From Flavobacteriales bacterium (GTDB taxonomy: Bacteria; Bacteroidota; Bacteroidia; Flavobacteriales; BACL11), in NCBI GenBank assembly GCA_002712715.1, contig PAUF01000007.1:13644-77643 (forward strand): a stretch of DNA of 64,000 bases, in the 5' to 3' direction. Position numbers and translations under genes: made by a program. The notes under the pieces were generated by a model. That model searched no databases, was not told where the DNA came from, and saw only the letters and a list, made by a program, of their open reading frames with translations. Positions 27,295 to 38,403 of this stretch are shown here, piece after piece (the stretch's first letter is position 1; each line of letters begins with the position of its first letter).

Positions 27295-28419
27295 TTAATA
27301 ATTAATTTTTTGCTGTTTAATTCCTTCTGGGACATCTCTGTACTCATATTCTTGATTTCTCAACTGAGGAATAAACCCCGCGTTCCTTATACACTCTTGA
27401 ATACTATTAGATGTAAACCTATATGGCGCCCCAGCGGCTGAAACAACATTTTCTTCAATCATTATTGACCCCATATCATTTGCTCCGGCATGTAAACACA
27501 CTTGCGCTGTTTCAGGACCTACGGTTAACCATGATACTTGAATATTATTTATATTAGGCAACATAATCCTAGAAATGGATATCATTCTAATGTACTCATC
27601 ATCAGAAATTGAACTATTAATACCTTTAACTCTTTGTAATAAAGTGCCATCATCCATAAAAGTCCAAGGGATAAAGGCGTTGAAGCCCTTTGAGGTATTC
27701 GGTTTTTCACTTTGAACCTGTCTTAAAGAAATTAAATGTTCAAACCTTTCCTCCAATGTTTCAATATGGCCAAACATCATAGTAGCAGATGTAGTAATAT
27801 TTAATTGATGAGCTACCCTCATAATATCCAACCACTCATGCCCATTACATTTACCTGTACTAATAATTTTTCTAACCCTATCGCTCAAAATTTCAGCCCC
27901 CGCTCCTGGTAAGCTATCTAAACCCGCCTCTTTTAAAGACAATAAAGCTTTTTCATGAGCAATATTGTCAATTTTACAAATATGCGCTATTTCAGGAGGC
28001 CCTAGAGCGTGCAATCTTATGTTAGGAAACAGCCTTTTTAACTCTTTAAATAAATCCGTATAGAATAATAACCCTAAATCAGGGTGATGACCTCCTTGAA
28101 GTAAAATCTGATCTCCACCATAATCAATGGTCTCTTGTATTTTTATTTTGTACTCCTCAATATTAGTAACATACACTTCTTTATGATTTGGAACTCTAAA
28201 AAAATTGCAAAATTTGCAATTTGCAATACATGCATTTGTTGTATTAACATTTCTGTCAATTTGCCATGTAACTAAATCATTATCTACAGTACTTTTTCTT
28301 AATTTATTAGCTATTAGCATTAATTCAGTCGTACTACAATTTTTAAACAAAAACATTCCTTCATCAATTGACAAAAAATTCTTTGACAAAGCTTTTTCTG
28401 TAAGGTAGTCTTTATTCAT
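27295..28419 (-). CDS. radical SAM enzyme of the CofH/MqnC/MqnE family (futalosine-route menaquinone type)
   Basis: 374 aa. Cluster motif CIANCKFCNF, then ILLQGGHHP and GAGAEIL segments typical of MqnC/MqnE/CofH. I cannot separate MqnC from MqnE by eye. Confidence 0.7.
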   Translation of the reverse strand: MNKDYLTEKALSKNFLSIDEGMFLFKNCSTTELMLIANKLRKSTVDNDLVTWQIDRNVNTTNACIANCKFCNFFRVPNHKEVYVTNIEEYKIKIQETIDYGGDQILLQGGHHPDLGLLFYTDLFKELKRLFPNIRLHALGPPEIAHICKIDNIAHEKALLSLKEAGLDSLPGAGAEILSDRVRKIISTGKCNGHEWLDIMRVAHQLNITTSATMMFGHIETLEERFEHLISLRQVQSEKPNTSKGFNAFIPWTFMDDGTLLQRVKGINSSISDDEYIRMISISRIMLPNINNIQVSWLTVGPETAQVCLHAGANDMGSIMIEENVVSAAGAPYRFTSNSIQECIRNAGFIPQLRNQEYEYRDVPEGIKQQKINY

Positions 28420-28428
28420 AAAATTAAT

Positions 28429-28436
28429 TAATTTTG
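28429..28436 (+). promoter_or_regulatory. candidate -7 box TAATTTTG
   Basis: Matches TAnnTTTG, 25 nt upstream of the pepA ATG at 28462. Confidence 0.3.
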
Positions 28437-28461
28437 TGATTTACAAAAATACATAATATAT

Positions 28462-29874
28462 ATGATTCCTAGTCTTAAAAAGAAAACAACAATCAATAAG
28501 AATGATAATCTCATCATTTTATGTAACAAAAAGTCTAACCTATCTTCACTTGAGTTGTCAGAAAACGAGATGCAATTTGTAACTCTCCAGCTAAAAAGAA
28601 AACAAGAGATTATTAAAATCAATCAATATCATAGATTAATTGTCCTGATATTTCCTAAAAACAACCCATCACAAAATCTTTACAATGAACAACTTCGAAT
28701 ACTTGGAGATAAAATTATACCTATTTTTAGAGAGAAAGAATCTATTGTCATAAAAAATCTGCAAAAAAATAGTGATGAATTTCTATTAGCTGAAGGAATT
28801 TTCTTGGGAATGTATTCATTTTCAAAATATAAAACTACCTCTAATGTCAAAGGGTTATCTACCATTTTCATATATAATAGTGAAACTCATAAATTGATTG
28901 AGATGGAAAACATATTATCATCAGTATACCTAACCCGTGATTTAGTAAATGAACCTTTTTCTCACTTAACCGCAAAAGAACTTTCTGAAAAAGCAAAAGA
29001 AATTGGAGAATCCACTGGATGTAAGGTTAGTGTTTTTGGAAAAAAGAAAATTCAAAGTTTAAAAATGGGAGGTCTTCTAGCTGTAAATAAAGGCAGTATA
29101 GATGACCCTTCATTTACAATTATGGAATGGAAACCAAAAAGCCATAGCAACAAAAACCCCATTGTTTTAGTAGGGAAAGGAATAGTTTTTGATACAGGAG
29201 GATTAAGCTTAAAGCCTACTACTAATTCTATGGATCTAATGAAAGTTGACATGGGAGGAGCGGCTACAATAATGGGAGCTATGCAAGCTATATGTCATAA
29301 TAATCTACCTGTACACGTTATTGCATTACTGCCCGCAACAGACAACAGACCTTCAGGTAACGCGTACGCGCCAGGAGATGTTATAGAAATGCATAACGGA
29401 TCAACTGTTGAGGTATTAAATACAGACGCTGAAGGAAGAATGATTTTAGCAGACGCTCTTTCATATGCAAAAAAATACAATCCTCAACTTGTCATTGATC
29501 TAGCAACATTAACAGGATCAGCTGTTGCTACTATTGGAAAGTACGGAATGGTTTCGATGCATAATGACGCTAAAACATCTCATGAAAAGTTGAAGAATAT
29601 AGGTGACGAAATTTATGAACGATTAGCCGAATTGCCATTTTGGCCAGAGTATGATAAATTAATTGAATCTGACATAGCTGACATTAAAAACATTGGAGGT
29701 CCCCAGGCAGGAGCGATCACTGCAGGAAAATTTCTTTCCTATTTTACTAATTACCCTTGGATACATATTGATCTTTCATGTGTTTATTCAAAAGAACGGT
29801 TTCAATACAGGGGCAAAGGAGCTACTGGCATGGGGGTTAGACTACTATATTATTTTATAAAAAGCTTATCATGA
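28462..29874 (+). CDS. pepA: leucyl aminopeptidase (M17)
   Basis: 470 aa. Motifs VGKGIVFDTGGLSLKP and NTDAEGRMILADAL. Confidence 0.9.
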   Translation: MIPSLKKKTTINKNDNLIILCNKKSNLSSLELSENEMQFVTLQLKRKQEIIKINQYHRLIVLIFPKNNPSQNLYNEQLRILGDKIIPIFREKESIVIKNLQKNSDEFLLAEGIFLGMYSFSKYKTTSNVKGLSTIFIYNSETHKLIEMENILSSVYLTRDLVNEPFSHLTAKELSEKAKEIGESTGCKVSVFGKKKIQSLKMGGLLAVNKGSIDDPSFTIMEWKPKSHSNKNPIVLVGKGIVFDTGGLSLKPTTNSMDLMKVDMGGAATIMGAMQAICHNNLPVHVIALLPATDNRPSGNAYAPGDVIEMHNGSTVEVLNTDAEGRMILADALSYAKKYNPQLVIDLATLTGSAVATIGKYGMVSMHNDAKTSHEKLKNIGDEIYERLAELPFWPEYDKLIESDIADIKNIGGPQAGAITAGKFLSYFTNYPWIHIDLSCVYSKERFQYRGKGATGMGVRLLYYFIKSLS

Positions 29875-30908
29875 CAGTTATAAAACAAAGAAAACCAGTA
29901 GCTGGCATAACAATCGGCGATATAAACGGTATTGGTCTGGAAATTATTATTAAAAGTTTTGCCGACAAAAGAATTCTAGACCTCTGTACGCCCGTAATTT
30001 TCGGGTCCGCACAAATTGCTTCAATCCATAGAAAATCATGCGATATTCAAAATTTTAATTTCAAATTTGTTGACAAGATTAATGATATTTCTCATAAACA
30101 AGTAAATTTATTAAACTGCTGGAAAGAAGAGGTAAATGTTACATTTGGGAAAAACACAATCGAAAGTGGTAAATACGCACTACTTTCTATAGAAAGCGCT
30201 GTTAAACATATAAAAAACAATACGATTGATTTTATTGTAACATCCCCAATTAACAAACTATCTATACAAAAAATAGATAAACATTTTATTGGCCATACTG
30301 AATTCTTTGAGAAAGAATTTAATGGCAATTCATTAATGATGATGGTCAATAATAATTTGCGAATTTCTTGCATAACTTCACATCTTCCCTTAAAAAAAGT
30401 TTGTGAAAATATAAGTGTTTCATCAATAATGTCCAAAGCGTTAGTCATGCATCAATCGCTTATTAAGGATTTTAAGATCCAATCACCAAAAATTGCAATC
30501 TTAGGTTTAAATCCTCACGCTGGAGAAAATGGGATGCTTGGATCGGAAGAAAAAGAAATTATTATTCCAGCAATACAACGTCTCAAAGAGGAGCAAAATA
30601 TTTTATCTTTTGGTCCTTATCCTGCAGACAGCTTTTTCGCTTCAAAAAAAATTAAAGCCTTCGATGGTATAATCGCTATGTATCATGACCAAGGATTAAT
30701 CCCATTTAAATCTCTATCATTTTCTGAAGGAGTTAATTACACATCTGGAATCTCTATTATTCGCACTTCTCCATCACACGGAACTGGATACGACATTGCC
30801 GGCAAAAACATGGCTGATGAAAGCTCATTTAGATCATCTGTTTTTCTTGGATGCCAGCTTTTCAAGTCTAGAAAGTTATATGAAGAGTTAAATGAAAATC
30901 CTATTTAA
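29871..30908 (+). CDS. pdxA: 4-hydroxythreonine-4-phosphate dehydrogenase
   Basis: 345 aa. Motifs GHTEFF, LNPHAGE, MYHDQGLIPFK and SPSHGTGYDIAGK. ATGA overlap with pepA. Confidence 0.9.
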   Translation: MTVIKQRKPVAGITIGDINGIGLEIIIKSFADKRILDLCTPVIFGSAQIASIHRKSCDIQNFNFKFVDKINDISHKQVNLLNCWKEEVNVTFGKNTIESGKYALLSIESAVKHIKNNTIDFIVTSPINKLSIQKIDKHFIGHTEFFEKEFNGNSLMMMVNNNLRISCITSHLPLKKVCENISVSSIMSKALVMHQSLIKDFKIQSPKIAILGLNPHAGENGMLGSEEKEIIIPAIQRLKEEQNILSFGPYPADSFFASKKIKAFDGIIAMYHDQGLIPFKSLSFSEGVNYTSGISIIRTSPSHGTGYDIAGKNMADESSFRSSVFLGCQLFKSRKLYEELNENPI

Positions 30909-30965
30909 TATAGGATCTTTTAACTACACTTTTTTAGAAAATTTAATTTAATTCAAAAAAAATAT

Positions 30966-30973
30966 TAAATTTG
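30966..30973 (+). promoter_or_regulatory. candidate -7 box TAAATTTG for the yceD-rpmF-plsX-fabH cluster
   Basis: Matches TAnnTTTG, 14 nt upstream of the ATG at 30988. Confidence 0.3.
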
Positions 30974-30987
30974 CCAGAAAATTATCA

Positions 30988-31500
30988 ATGAGTTGTTATA
31001 GGGTCCGAGTTTCAGGATTAAAGGATGGTGCTCATATCAACACATTTGAAATTAATAACCAGTTCTTTGAATTATTTGTAAATAATGAAGCATTTAACTT
31101 TACAGGAAAAGCTGAAGTTACTGTAGTTGTGAAATCCTTTAATACTGAAATCAAGATTAAAACATTGGGGATACTAAATACAAAATGTGATATATGCGCT
31201 TCAAAAATCGAAGCCCCTATTAGTAACTCTCATACTTTTTTAATTAAAGAATCTCCATCTCCTCAACCATCTACTGATGAAATAATTTATATAAATAAGG
31301 GGCAGTTTTTCATTAATTCAAGTCAATACATTTATGAGTCTATTGTATTGTCGATACCGACAAATATTAACCATAATATGAAAGGTATAAAAGATAAATG
31401 TGATAAAGAAATGATCCAATTAATAAACAAATATTCAAAGCCTGTAATTACAACTGATCCTAGATGGGACAAGTTGAAGAAAATAAAAGATATTAAATAA
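30988..31500 (+). CDS. yceD: DUF177 / YceD-family protein
   Basis: 170 aa with the Cys pair ..KCDICASK... It occupies the conserved position immediately upstream of rpmF-plsX. Confidence 0.7.
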   Translation: MSCYRVRVSGLKDGAHINTFEINNQFFELFVNNEAFNFTGKAEVTVVVKSFNTEIKIKTLGILNTKCDICASKIEAPISNSHTFLIKESPSPQPSTDEIIYINKGQFFINSSQYIYESIVLSIPTNINHNMKGIKDKCDKEMIQLINKYSKPVITTDPRWDKLKKIKDIK

Positions 31501-31504
31501 AATT

Positions 31505-31693
31505 ATGGCGCATCCAAAACGAAAAATCTCTAAAACTAGAAGAGACAAAAGAAGAACTCATTATAAAGCTAATGCTAGTACAGTAAAGCTTTGTCCAGAA
31601 ACTGGAGAAGCTCATTTGTACCATCACGCATACGAACATGCGGGAGATCTTTATTACAAAGGAAAACTGGTAGCTTCTAATACAACTAAATAA
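31505..31693 (+). CDS. rpmF: 50S ribosomal protein L32
   Basis: 62 aa. N-terminus [19 protein letters not shown]. Confidence 0.9.
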   Translation: MAHPKRKISKTRRDKRRTHYKANASTVKLCPETGEAHLYHHAYEHAGDLYYKGKLVASNTTK

Positions 31694-31731
31694 TTTTTGT
31701 AGTTTTACCCAAAAATAATTCTGTTTATTTA

Positions 31732-32670
31732 ATGAATATTGGAATTGACATTATGGGTGGTGATTACGCTCCAGAAAAAACAATTCAGGGAGCAATTCTT
31801 GCAAGAAAAGAGTTGCCTGAAAATGTGAACTTAATTTTATTCGGAGATAAGAACAGAATAGAAAACACATGTAGAGAGAATAACTATTCTCTAAATAATT
31901 TAAAAATAATTCATTGTGATACATTTATTGAAATGGGAGAACATCCTATTAAATCTCTAAAATCAAAACCTCATTCTAGTATAAACATGGGATTTAAATA
32001 TTTATCAAGTGGACAAATTGATGGATTTGCGTCAGCTGGAAATACTGGAGCGATGTTAGTGGGAGGGTTTTATTCTGTCAAGTCAATTAGTGGAGTTATA
32101 AGACCTTGTATTTCTTCTATTCTTCCTAAAGAAAAAGGAGATTTTGGACTATTACTTGATGTTGGAGCAAATGCTGACTGTAAGCCTGATGTCCTCTACC
32201 AATTTGGAATATTAGGATCTTTATTTGCAGAGCATGTTTTAGGTATTGAATCGCCTAAAGTAGCTCTATTAAATCTAGGGGAAGAGAAAACCAAAGGCAA
32301 TTTATTAACTCAAGCTGCATATCCTATTATGGAGGGCTCTATTGATTATAATTTTATTGGAAATATTGAAAGTAGAGATATCTTTGAACATACGTGTGAC
32401 GTTGTAGTTTGTGATGGATTCACTGGAAACATAGTGCTAAAGCAAGCGGAAGCTTTCTACAAATTAATAAAAAATCGTAAAATTCAGGATGATTATTTTG
32501 ATCGATTTAATTACGAAAACTATGGGGGGACTCCTATACTCGGGCTTAATAAAACCGTTATTATTGGCCATGGAATTTCAAATGAAATAGCAATAAAAAA
32601 CATGATTATATTAACAAAGGATGTGATTGAAGCAAATCTTCCAGAAAAAATTAATCAAACATTAAACTAA
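31732..32670 (+). CDS. plsX: phosphate acyltransferase PlsX
   Basis: 312 aa. Motifs [19 protein letters not shown] and [11 protein letters not shown]. Confidence 0.9.
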   Translation: MNIGIDIMGGDYAPEKTIQGAILARKELPENVNLILFGDKNRIENTCRENNYSLNNLKIIHCDTFIEMGEHPIKSLKSKPHSSINMGFKYLSSGQIDGFASAGNTGAMLVGGFYSVKSISGVIRPCISSILPKEKGDFGLLLDVGANADCKPDVLYQFGILGSLFAEHVLGIESPKVALLNLGEEKTKGNLLTQAAYPIMEGSIDYNFIGNIESRDIFEHTCDVVVCDGFTGNIVLKQAEAFYKLIKNRKIQDDYFDRFNYENYGGTPILGLNKTVIIGHGISNEIAIKNMIILTKDVIEANLPEKINQTLN

Positions 32671-33668
32671 TGAAAAAACAACAGGCAGCAATTACCGGTA
32701 TTGAAGGCTATGTCCCTGATGATGTTTTGACAAATCATGATCTCGCAAAAATTGTTGATACAAATGATGAATGGATCACTACAAGAACTGGCATTAAAGA
32801 GCGCAGAATACTAAAAAAAGGAAAAGCAAGTTCAGATATGGGCGCTGCTGCCGCAAAAAAATTATTAGAAAAAAAACAAATGCAAGCCTCAGAAATAGAT
32901 ATGATCATCTGTGCGACCGCAACCCCAGACATGATCTTCCCATCAACTGCATGTATAATAGCAGATAAAATCGGAGCCCAAAACGCGTTTGCTTATGATC
33001 TTATGGCAGCTTGCTCAGGATTTCTCTATGGATTGGCAACCGCTGCAAAATTTATTGAAACTAATACCTACAAAAAAATTCTAGTAATTGGAACTGATAA
33101 AATGTCTTCAATAGTTAATTATAAAGATAGAGCTACATGTATAATATTTGGAGACGGTGCAGGAGCCGTGTTATTAGAGCCAAACACCGAAGGACTAGGG
33201 ATTCAAGATTCAATATTAAAAAGCGATGGCTCAGGCAGGAGCTTTTTACACATGAAAGCTGGAGGGTCAAAACATCCAGCTAGCTTTGAAACAGTAAAAA
33301 ACAATGAGCACAGCGTATACCAAGATGGAAAAACTGTCTTTAAGTATGCTGTGAAAAATATGGCAGATGTATCAGCAGAAATAATGAAAAAGAATAATTT
33401 ATTTTCTGATGATATCCAATGGCTCGTTCCACATCAAGCCAATAAAAGAATAATAGACGCTACAGCTAGAAGAATGGGAATAGGAGATGAAAAAGTTATG
33501 CTAAATATTCATAAATATGGGAACACTACAAATGGAACTATACCTCTATGCCTTTGGGACTGGGAATCCGAATTAAAAAAAGGAGACAACTTGATACTTG
33601 CGGCTTTTGGAGGGGGTTTTACATGGGGATCTATATATTTAAAATGGGCCTATGATTCAAATAAATAA
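32670..33668 (+). CDS. fabH: 3-oxoacyl-ACP synthase III
   Basis: 332 aa. Active-site Cys in [10 protein letters not shown], plus HQANKRI and [10 protein letters not shown]. Confidence 0.9.
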   Translation: MKKQQAAITGIEGYVPDDVLTNHDLAKIVDTNDEWITTRTGIKERRILKKGKASSDMGAAAAKKLLEKKQMQASEIDMIICATATPDMIFPSTACIIADKIGAQNAFAYDLMAACSGFLYGLATAAKFIETNTYKKILVIGTDKMSSIVNYKDRATCIIFGDGAGAVLLEPNTEGLGIQDSILKSDGSGRSFLHMKAGGSKHPASFETVKNNEHSVYQDGKTVFKYAVKNMADVSAEIMKKNNLFSDDIQWLVPHQANKRIIDATARRMGIGDEKVMLNIHKYGNTTNGTIPLCLWDWESELKKGDNLILAAFGGGFTWGSIYLKWAYDSNK

Positions 33669-33671
33669 TAT

Positions 33672-33679
33672 TACTTTTG
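33672..33679 (+). promoter_or_regulatory. candidate -7 box TACTTTTG
   Basis: Matches TAnnTTTG, 19 nt upstream of the accB ATG at 33699. Confidence 0.3.
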
Positions 33680-33698
33680 CTTAGAAATTTATAATACT

Positions 33699-34238
33699 AT
33701 GAAAAAAATGAATTTAGAAGAAATACAGGAATTGATTAAATTTGTTGCGAAATCAGGAGCTACCGAAGTAGATTTAGAAATGGAAGGAGTTAAGATATCA
33801 ATAAAATCTCCCCCTAAGAAAAAAAGAGGAGAAAAAGATGATCCTACTACAATAATCCAACATGCGGCTCCACATACTATTCCTTCACAGGTTATAAATT
33901 CACAAATCCCATTAGCGGAAACTGCAAATATAGAATCAGGCAATACTAATGAAAATTCACAGAACAAAAATCCAGATGCAGAAAAGGATGAAAATAAATA
34001 TATTACAATTAAATCTTCAATGATTGGAACTTTTTATAGAAGTCCATCTCCTGAAAAACCATCCTTTGTAAATATTGGAGACAATATTAAAAAAGGAGAT
34101 ACAATATGTATTATTGAAGCGATGAAACTATTCAACGAAATTGAATCAGAAGTTGAAGGAAAAGTTATCAAGGTACTTGTTGATGACTCAAACCCTGTTG
34201 AATTTGAGCAAGATTTATTTCTAATTGATCCTTCATAA
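33699..34238 (+). CDS. accB: acetyl-CoA carboxylase biotin carboxyl carrier protein
   Basis: 179 aa. Biotinyl-lysine motif EAMKLFNEIE, preceded by a low-complexity linker. Confidence 0.9.
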   Translation: MKKMNLEEIQELIKFVAKSGATEVDLEMEGVKISIKSPPKKKRGEKDDPTTIIQHAAPHTIPSQVINSQIPLAETANIESGNTNENSQNKNPDAEKDENKYITIKSSMIGTFYRSPSPEKPSFVNIGDNIKKGDTICIIEAMKLFNEIESEVEGKVIKVLVDDSNPVEFEQDLFLIDPS

Positions 34239-34257
34239 TTTTATTAATTAGTTAAAT

Positions 34258-35607
34258 ATGTTTAAAAAAATATTAATTGCAAACAGAGGTGAAATTGCAT
34301 TGAGAGTAATAAGATCATGCAAAGAAATGGGAATAAAAACTGTTTCTGTCTATTCAAAAGCAGACAAAGAAAGTTTACATGTAAAATTTGCTGATGAAGC
34401 TGTTTGTATTGGCCCAGCTCCTAGCTCTGAATCCTATTTGAAAATTCCTAATATAATAGCCGCAGCAGAAATTACAAATTCAGACGCTATTCATCCAGGA
34501 TATGGGTTTTTAGCAGAAAACTCCAGTTTTTCCAAAATTTGTCACGAAAACGGAATTAAATTTATCGGAGCTTCTCCCAAAATGATTGACCAAATGGGTG
34601 ATAAATCAGCAGCCAAAGAAACAATGAAAAAAGCAGGTGTCCCTACAATTCCTGGATCAAAAGGACTATTAAAAGACTTTGCTCATTGTAAAAAAACTGC
34701 TAAAGAAATTGGGTATCCAATTATGTTAAAAGCAACCGCTGGAGGAGGTGGTAAAGGTATGCGATTAGTGTGGGACGAAAAAGACTTAAAAGATAATTGG
34801 GAAAATGCTCGACAAGAATCTAAAGCTGCATTTGGAAATGATGGTATGTATATGGAAAAATTTATTGAGGAACCTCGACATATAGAAATTCAAATAATAG
34901 GTGATTATAGAGGAAAAGCTGCCCATCTTTCTGAAAGAGACTGTTCAATACAAAGAAGGCATCAAAAATTAACGGAAGAAACTCCATCTCCATTCATGAC
35001 TACAAAATTAAGAAAAGAAATGGGTGAAGCAGCAATTAAAGCGGCTGAAGCTGTAAAATATGAAGGAGTAGGAACTGTAGAGTTTCTTGTAGATAAACAC
35101 AGGAATTTTTACTTTATGGAGATGAATACAAGAATTCAAGTAGAACATCCTATTACTGAAGAAGTAATTGACTACGACTTAATTAGAGAACAAATCAAAG
35201 TTGCTGCAGGCATCGAAATTTCTGGTAAAAATTATACTCCAAAACTACACGCGATAGAATGTAGAATAAATGCTGAAGACCCGTTCAATGATTTCCGTCC
35301 CTCTCCAGGCAGAATTACATCATTTCATGCTCCAGGTGGGCATGGTGTTAGAATAGATACTCATGTCTACGCCAACTATTTAATACCTCCGTATTATGAC
35401 TCAATGATTGCAAAGGTAATTACAGTAGCTCAAACTAGAGAAGAAGCTATGTCAAAAATGGAAAGAGCCCTGAAAGAATTTATTATTGAAGGAATAAAAA
35501 CAACTATACCTTTTCATATTTCTCTAATGAAAAATGAAAATTTCAGAAAAGGGCATTATACAACAAAATTTATGGATACTTTCGATATTGAAACGAGCAA
35601 CAACTAA
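34258..35607 (+). CDS. accC: acetyl-CoA carboxylase biotin carboxylase subunit
   Basis: 449 aa. N-terminus [16 protein letters not shown], with ATP-grasp motifs ([19 protein letters not shown]). Confidence 0.95.
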   Translation: MFKKILIANRGEIALRVIRSCKEMGIKTVSVYSKADKESLHVKFADEAVCIGPAPSSESYLKIPNIIAAAEITNSDAIHPGYGFLAENSSFSKICHENGIKFIGASPKMIDQMGDKSAAKETMKKAGVPTIPGSKGLLKDFAHCKKTAKEIGYPIMLKATAGGGGKGMRLVWDEKDLKDNWENARQESKAAFGNDGMYMEKFIEEPRHIEIQIIGDYRGKAAHLSERDCSIQRRHQKLTEETPSPFMTTKLRKEMGEAAIKAAEAVKYEGVGTVEFLVDKHRNFYFMEMNTRIQVEHPITEEVIDYDLIREQIKVAAGIEISGKNYTPKLHAIECRINAEDPFNDFRPSPGRITSFHAPGGHGVRIDTHVYANYLIPPYYDSMIAKVITVAQTREEAMSKMERALKEFIIEGIKTTIPFHISLMKNENFRKGHYTTKFMDTFDIETSNN

Positions 35608-35609
35608 AT

Positions 35610-37529
35610 TTATCCCACTTTGGACTTTACTGATATCATTTTATAAACCGCTTTTTGTATTGATAATGAATCAAAATTACAAAATTTATACAGCTCTTCT
35701 TGAGTTCCGTGATCAATAAAATTATCTTCTATACCTAATCTCTTAACTACAGAATTATACCCATTGTCAATCATAAATTCTAATACAGCAGATCCAAATC
35801 CGCCCATTAAACATCCATCTTCAACTGTTATGATCAAGTTGTATTTTTGAAATATTAAATGTAGAGCTTCTGCATCTAACGGCTTCACAAATCTCATATC
35901 ATAGTGAGCAACTGATAGACCATTCTTAATAAATTCTTCTTGAGCTTCTTTAACAAAATTCCCTGGCTTTCCTATGGATAGAATCGCAATGTCTTTTCCT
36001 TCAGTAATCTGGCGAGATTCACCTATAGGAATCTCTTGATATTCGTTTTTCCAGTTCTTGCCAATAGACCCCTCTCCTCTAGGATACCTTATGGTAAATG
36101 GGCCTTTATTAGGTAATTGAGCGGTATACATTAAATTTCTCAACTCATGCTCATCCATAGGAGCTGTAACTATCATGTTTGGTATACATCTTAAATACGA
36201 TATGTCAAATACTCCATGGTGAGTGCTTCCATCAGCTCCAACAAGCCCTCCTCTATCTAAACAAAATACAACATCTAAGTTCTGCAAAGCAACATCATGA
36301 ATTACTTGGTCATATGCTCTTTGCATAAATGTTGAGTAAATATTACAAAAAGGAAGCATGCCTTGAGTTGACAATCCAGCAGAAAAAGTAACAGCATGCT
36401 GTTCTGCTATTCCAACATCAAAAACTCTTTCTGGCATTAACTTTAGCATTTCATTCAAAGATGATCCTGAAATCATTGCTGGAGTAATTGCAACAATATT
36501 TTTATTTTTATTCGCTAAATCTATAATCGTCTTACCAAAAACTGTTTGATATTTTGTTTTTCCACTTTTAACTCCAGTTACGGTTTTTCCTGTTCTTTTG
36601 TCAAAAATTCCAGGCGCATGCCATTTTGTTGTATCTCCCAACTCAGCGGGTTCATATCCTTTTCCTTTTTCGGTAAGACAATGAAGAATTTTAGGGCCAC
36701 TCATTGTCTTCAAATCAGATAAAACATGTGTTAAATGTTTAATGTCATGACCATCAATAGGGCCAAAGTACCTAAAATTTAAGGACTCGAAATAATTACT
36801 TTCTGAAAGTATTGTAGATTTTATTGCTCCCTCTACTTTTTGCACTATTTTTTGTGTATCTGGACCAAATTTACTTATCTCACCTAATATCTTCCAAATT
36901 TTATCTTTTGCTTTATTATATGTTTTAGAAGTTGCGATATCTGTCAAATATTCTTTTAAAGCGCCGACCGCTGGATCAATTGACATGCAATTATCATTTA
37001 AAATAATTAATAAATTTGTATCTTCAGTTCCCGCGTGATTGAGTCCTTCAAAAGCCAAACCTCCAGTAAGAGCTCCATCACCAATAACTGCTATATGTTG
37101 TTTGTCTTGATCTTTCAATTTAGAAGCTAATGACATTCCTAACGCCGCGGAAATAGAAGTAGAGGCGTGCCCCACACCAAATGTGTCATATACACTTTCT
37201 GATCTTTTCGGGAAACCACTAATTCCCTTAAAAATTCTATTAGTAGGGAACAGGTCTCTGCGGCCAGTAAGGATTTTATGACCATAAGCCTGATGCCCAA
37301 CATCCCAAACTAACTGATCAGTTGGCGTATTAAACACGTAATGAATAGCGATTGTTAGCTCAACAACTCCTAAACTTGCTCCAAAATGACCTCCTTTTTC
37401 AGAGACGATATCTATAATATAGTTTCTTAACTCTTGAGATAAGACTATTAGCTCCTTTTTAGATAATCTTCTTAAGTCATTAGGAGAATTGATTGTAGGC
37501 AATATAGTCACTTCTGATTTTGAATTCAT
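35610..37529 (-). CDS. dxs: 1-deoxy-D-xylulose-5-phosphate synthase
   Basis: 639 aa. Motifs GGHFGASLGVVELTIA, the TPP motif GDGALTGGLAFEGLN, and AEQHAVT. Confidence 0.95.
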   Translation of the reverse strand: MNSKSEVTILPTINSPNDLRRLSKKELIVLSQELRNYIIDIVSEKGGHFGASLGVVELTIAIHYVFNTPTDQLVWDVGHQAYGHKILTGRRDLFPTNRIFKGISGFPKRSESVYDTFGVGHASTSISAALGMSLASKLKDQDKQHIAVIGDGALTGGLAFEGLNHAGTEDTNLLIILNDNCMSIDPAVGALKEYLTDIATSKTYNKAKDKIWKILGEISKFGPDTQKIVQKVEGAIKSTILSESNYFESLNFRYFGPIDGHDIKHLTHVLSDLKTMSGPKILHCLTEKGKGYEPAELGDTTKWHAPGIFDKRTGKTVTGVKSGKTKYQTVFGKTIIDLANKNKNIVAITPAMISGSSLNEMLKLMPERVFDVGIAEQHAVTFSAGLSTQGMLPFCNIYSTFMQRAYDQVIHDVALQNLDVVFCLDRGGLVGADGSTHHGVFDISYLRCIPNMIVTAPMDEHELRNLMYTAQLPNKGPFTIRYPRGEGSIGKNWKNEYQEIPIGESRQITEGKDIAILSIGKPGNFVKEAQEEFIKNGLSVAHYDMRFVKPLDAEALHLIFQKYNLIITVEDGCLMGGFGSAVLEFMIDNGYNSVVKRLGIEDNFIDHGTQEELYKFCNFDSLSIQKAVYKMISVKSKVG

Positions 37530-37548
37530 TTCGGCTTTTTGTATCTTG

Positions 37549-37556
37549 CAAAGATA
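37549..37556 (-). promoter_or_regulatory. candidate -7 box TATCTTTG for dxs, embedded in a 17-nt palindrome
   Basis: Minus strand reads TATCTTTG, 19 nt upstream of the dxs ATG at 37529. It lies within GTATCTT-GCA-AAGATAC (37541..37557). Confidence 0.3.
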
Positions 37557-37599
37557 CGGATTCTATTAACAATATAGAAAACATTATCATTCTTGTCAC

Positions 37600-38349
37600 A
37601 TGATTTATAAAATCTTATCTATTTTATTATTTGCAAACTTTGGACTAGCTCAGAGTCATTTCTCCATTCCAAAAAAGGAGAAAGTTACCTATTCAATTAA
37701 ATATGGTCTCATTAATGGTGGATCAGCAAGTTTAAGTATGAATTATCACAACAAAGAATCAAATACATATAGAATTGTAGGAAAAGGGGAAAGTAACTAT
37801 TTTATAAATTTGTTTTTTCCTGTAAAAGAAACATATCTTACAGAAATAAATAAAACTACATTGCTTCCTATTTATTTTTATGCAAACATAATAGAGGGAA
37901 ATTTTAAAAAAACACAAGAATTAAATTATTTTCATAAAGAAAATGTTGTTCAAAACATTAATGAAGAAAAATTTACATTAACTGACAGTGCTCATAATTT
38001 CCTATCCGCTTTTTTCTATTATAAAAACTTACTTCCTAATAAACTTGAAGAAAACTACAAATTAAAAATCCCTTTATTTTTTGAAAATACAGGACATTAT
38101 ATTATGGAAGTTATATTCTTAAAAGAAGAATTAGTTTCAACAAAATTTGGTGATATTAACTGCTTAAAATTTATGCCTAAAGTAATCCCTGGAAGAATAT
38201 TTAAAAATGAAACCGATCTAACAATATGGATATCTAATGACCCTAACAGATTACTAATAAAAGTTGAAATGGGAATATTGGTGGGAAAAATTTATGCAAT
38301 TATTAACTCTTATGAAAATATCAAATTTCCATTGTCAATAAATGAATAA
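37600..38349 (+). CDS. DUF3108-like secreted protein
   Basis: 249 aa with a signal peptide. The KVTYSIKYGLINGGSASL start and beta-rich pattern resemble DUF3108. Confidence 0.55.
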   Translation: MIYKILSILLFANFGLAQSHFSIPKKEKVTYSIKYGLINGGSASLSMNYHNKESNTYRIVGKGESNYFINLFFPVKETYLTEINKTTLLPIYFYANIIEGNFKKTQELNYFHKENVVQNINEEKFTLTDSAHNFLSAFFYYKNLLPNKLEENYKLKIPLFFENTGHYIMEVIFLKEELVSTKFGDINCLKFMPKVIPGRIFKNETDLTIWISNDPNRLLIKVEMGILVGKIYAIINSYENIKFPLSINE

Positions 38350-38403
38350 TAATAATATAAACTACTAATACAATATTAAGTATTTTGGCATAAATTACTT
38401 TTT

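Noticed and set aside
28428-28622. 64-aa minus-strand ORF and 61-aa ORF 35534..35719 at gene ends
   Set aside because: Each overlaps a well-supported gene (pepA; accC/dxs). Both have hydrophobic low-complexity translations and no independent start context.
37541-37557. Perfect palindrome GTATCTT-GCA-AAGATAC between dxs and the DUF3108 gene, considered as an operator or 5' UTR hairpin
   Set aside because: Half of it is explained by a TATCTTTG -7 box correctly spaced for dxs. A 7-bp stem with a 3-nt loop is weak. I kept it only as a promoter candidate.
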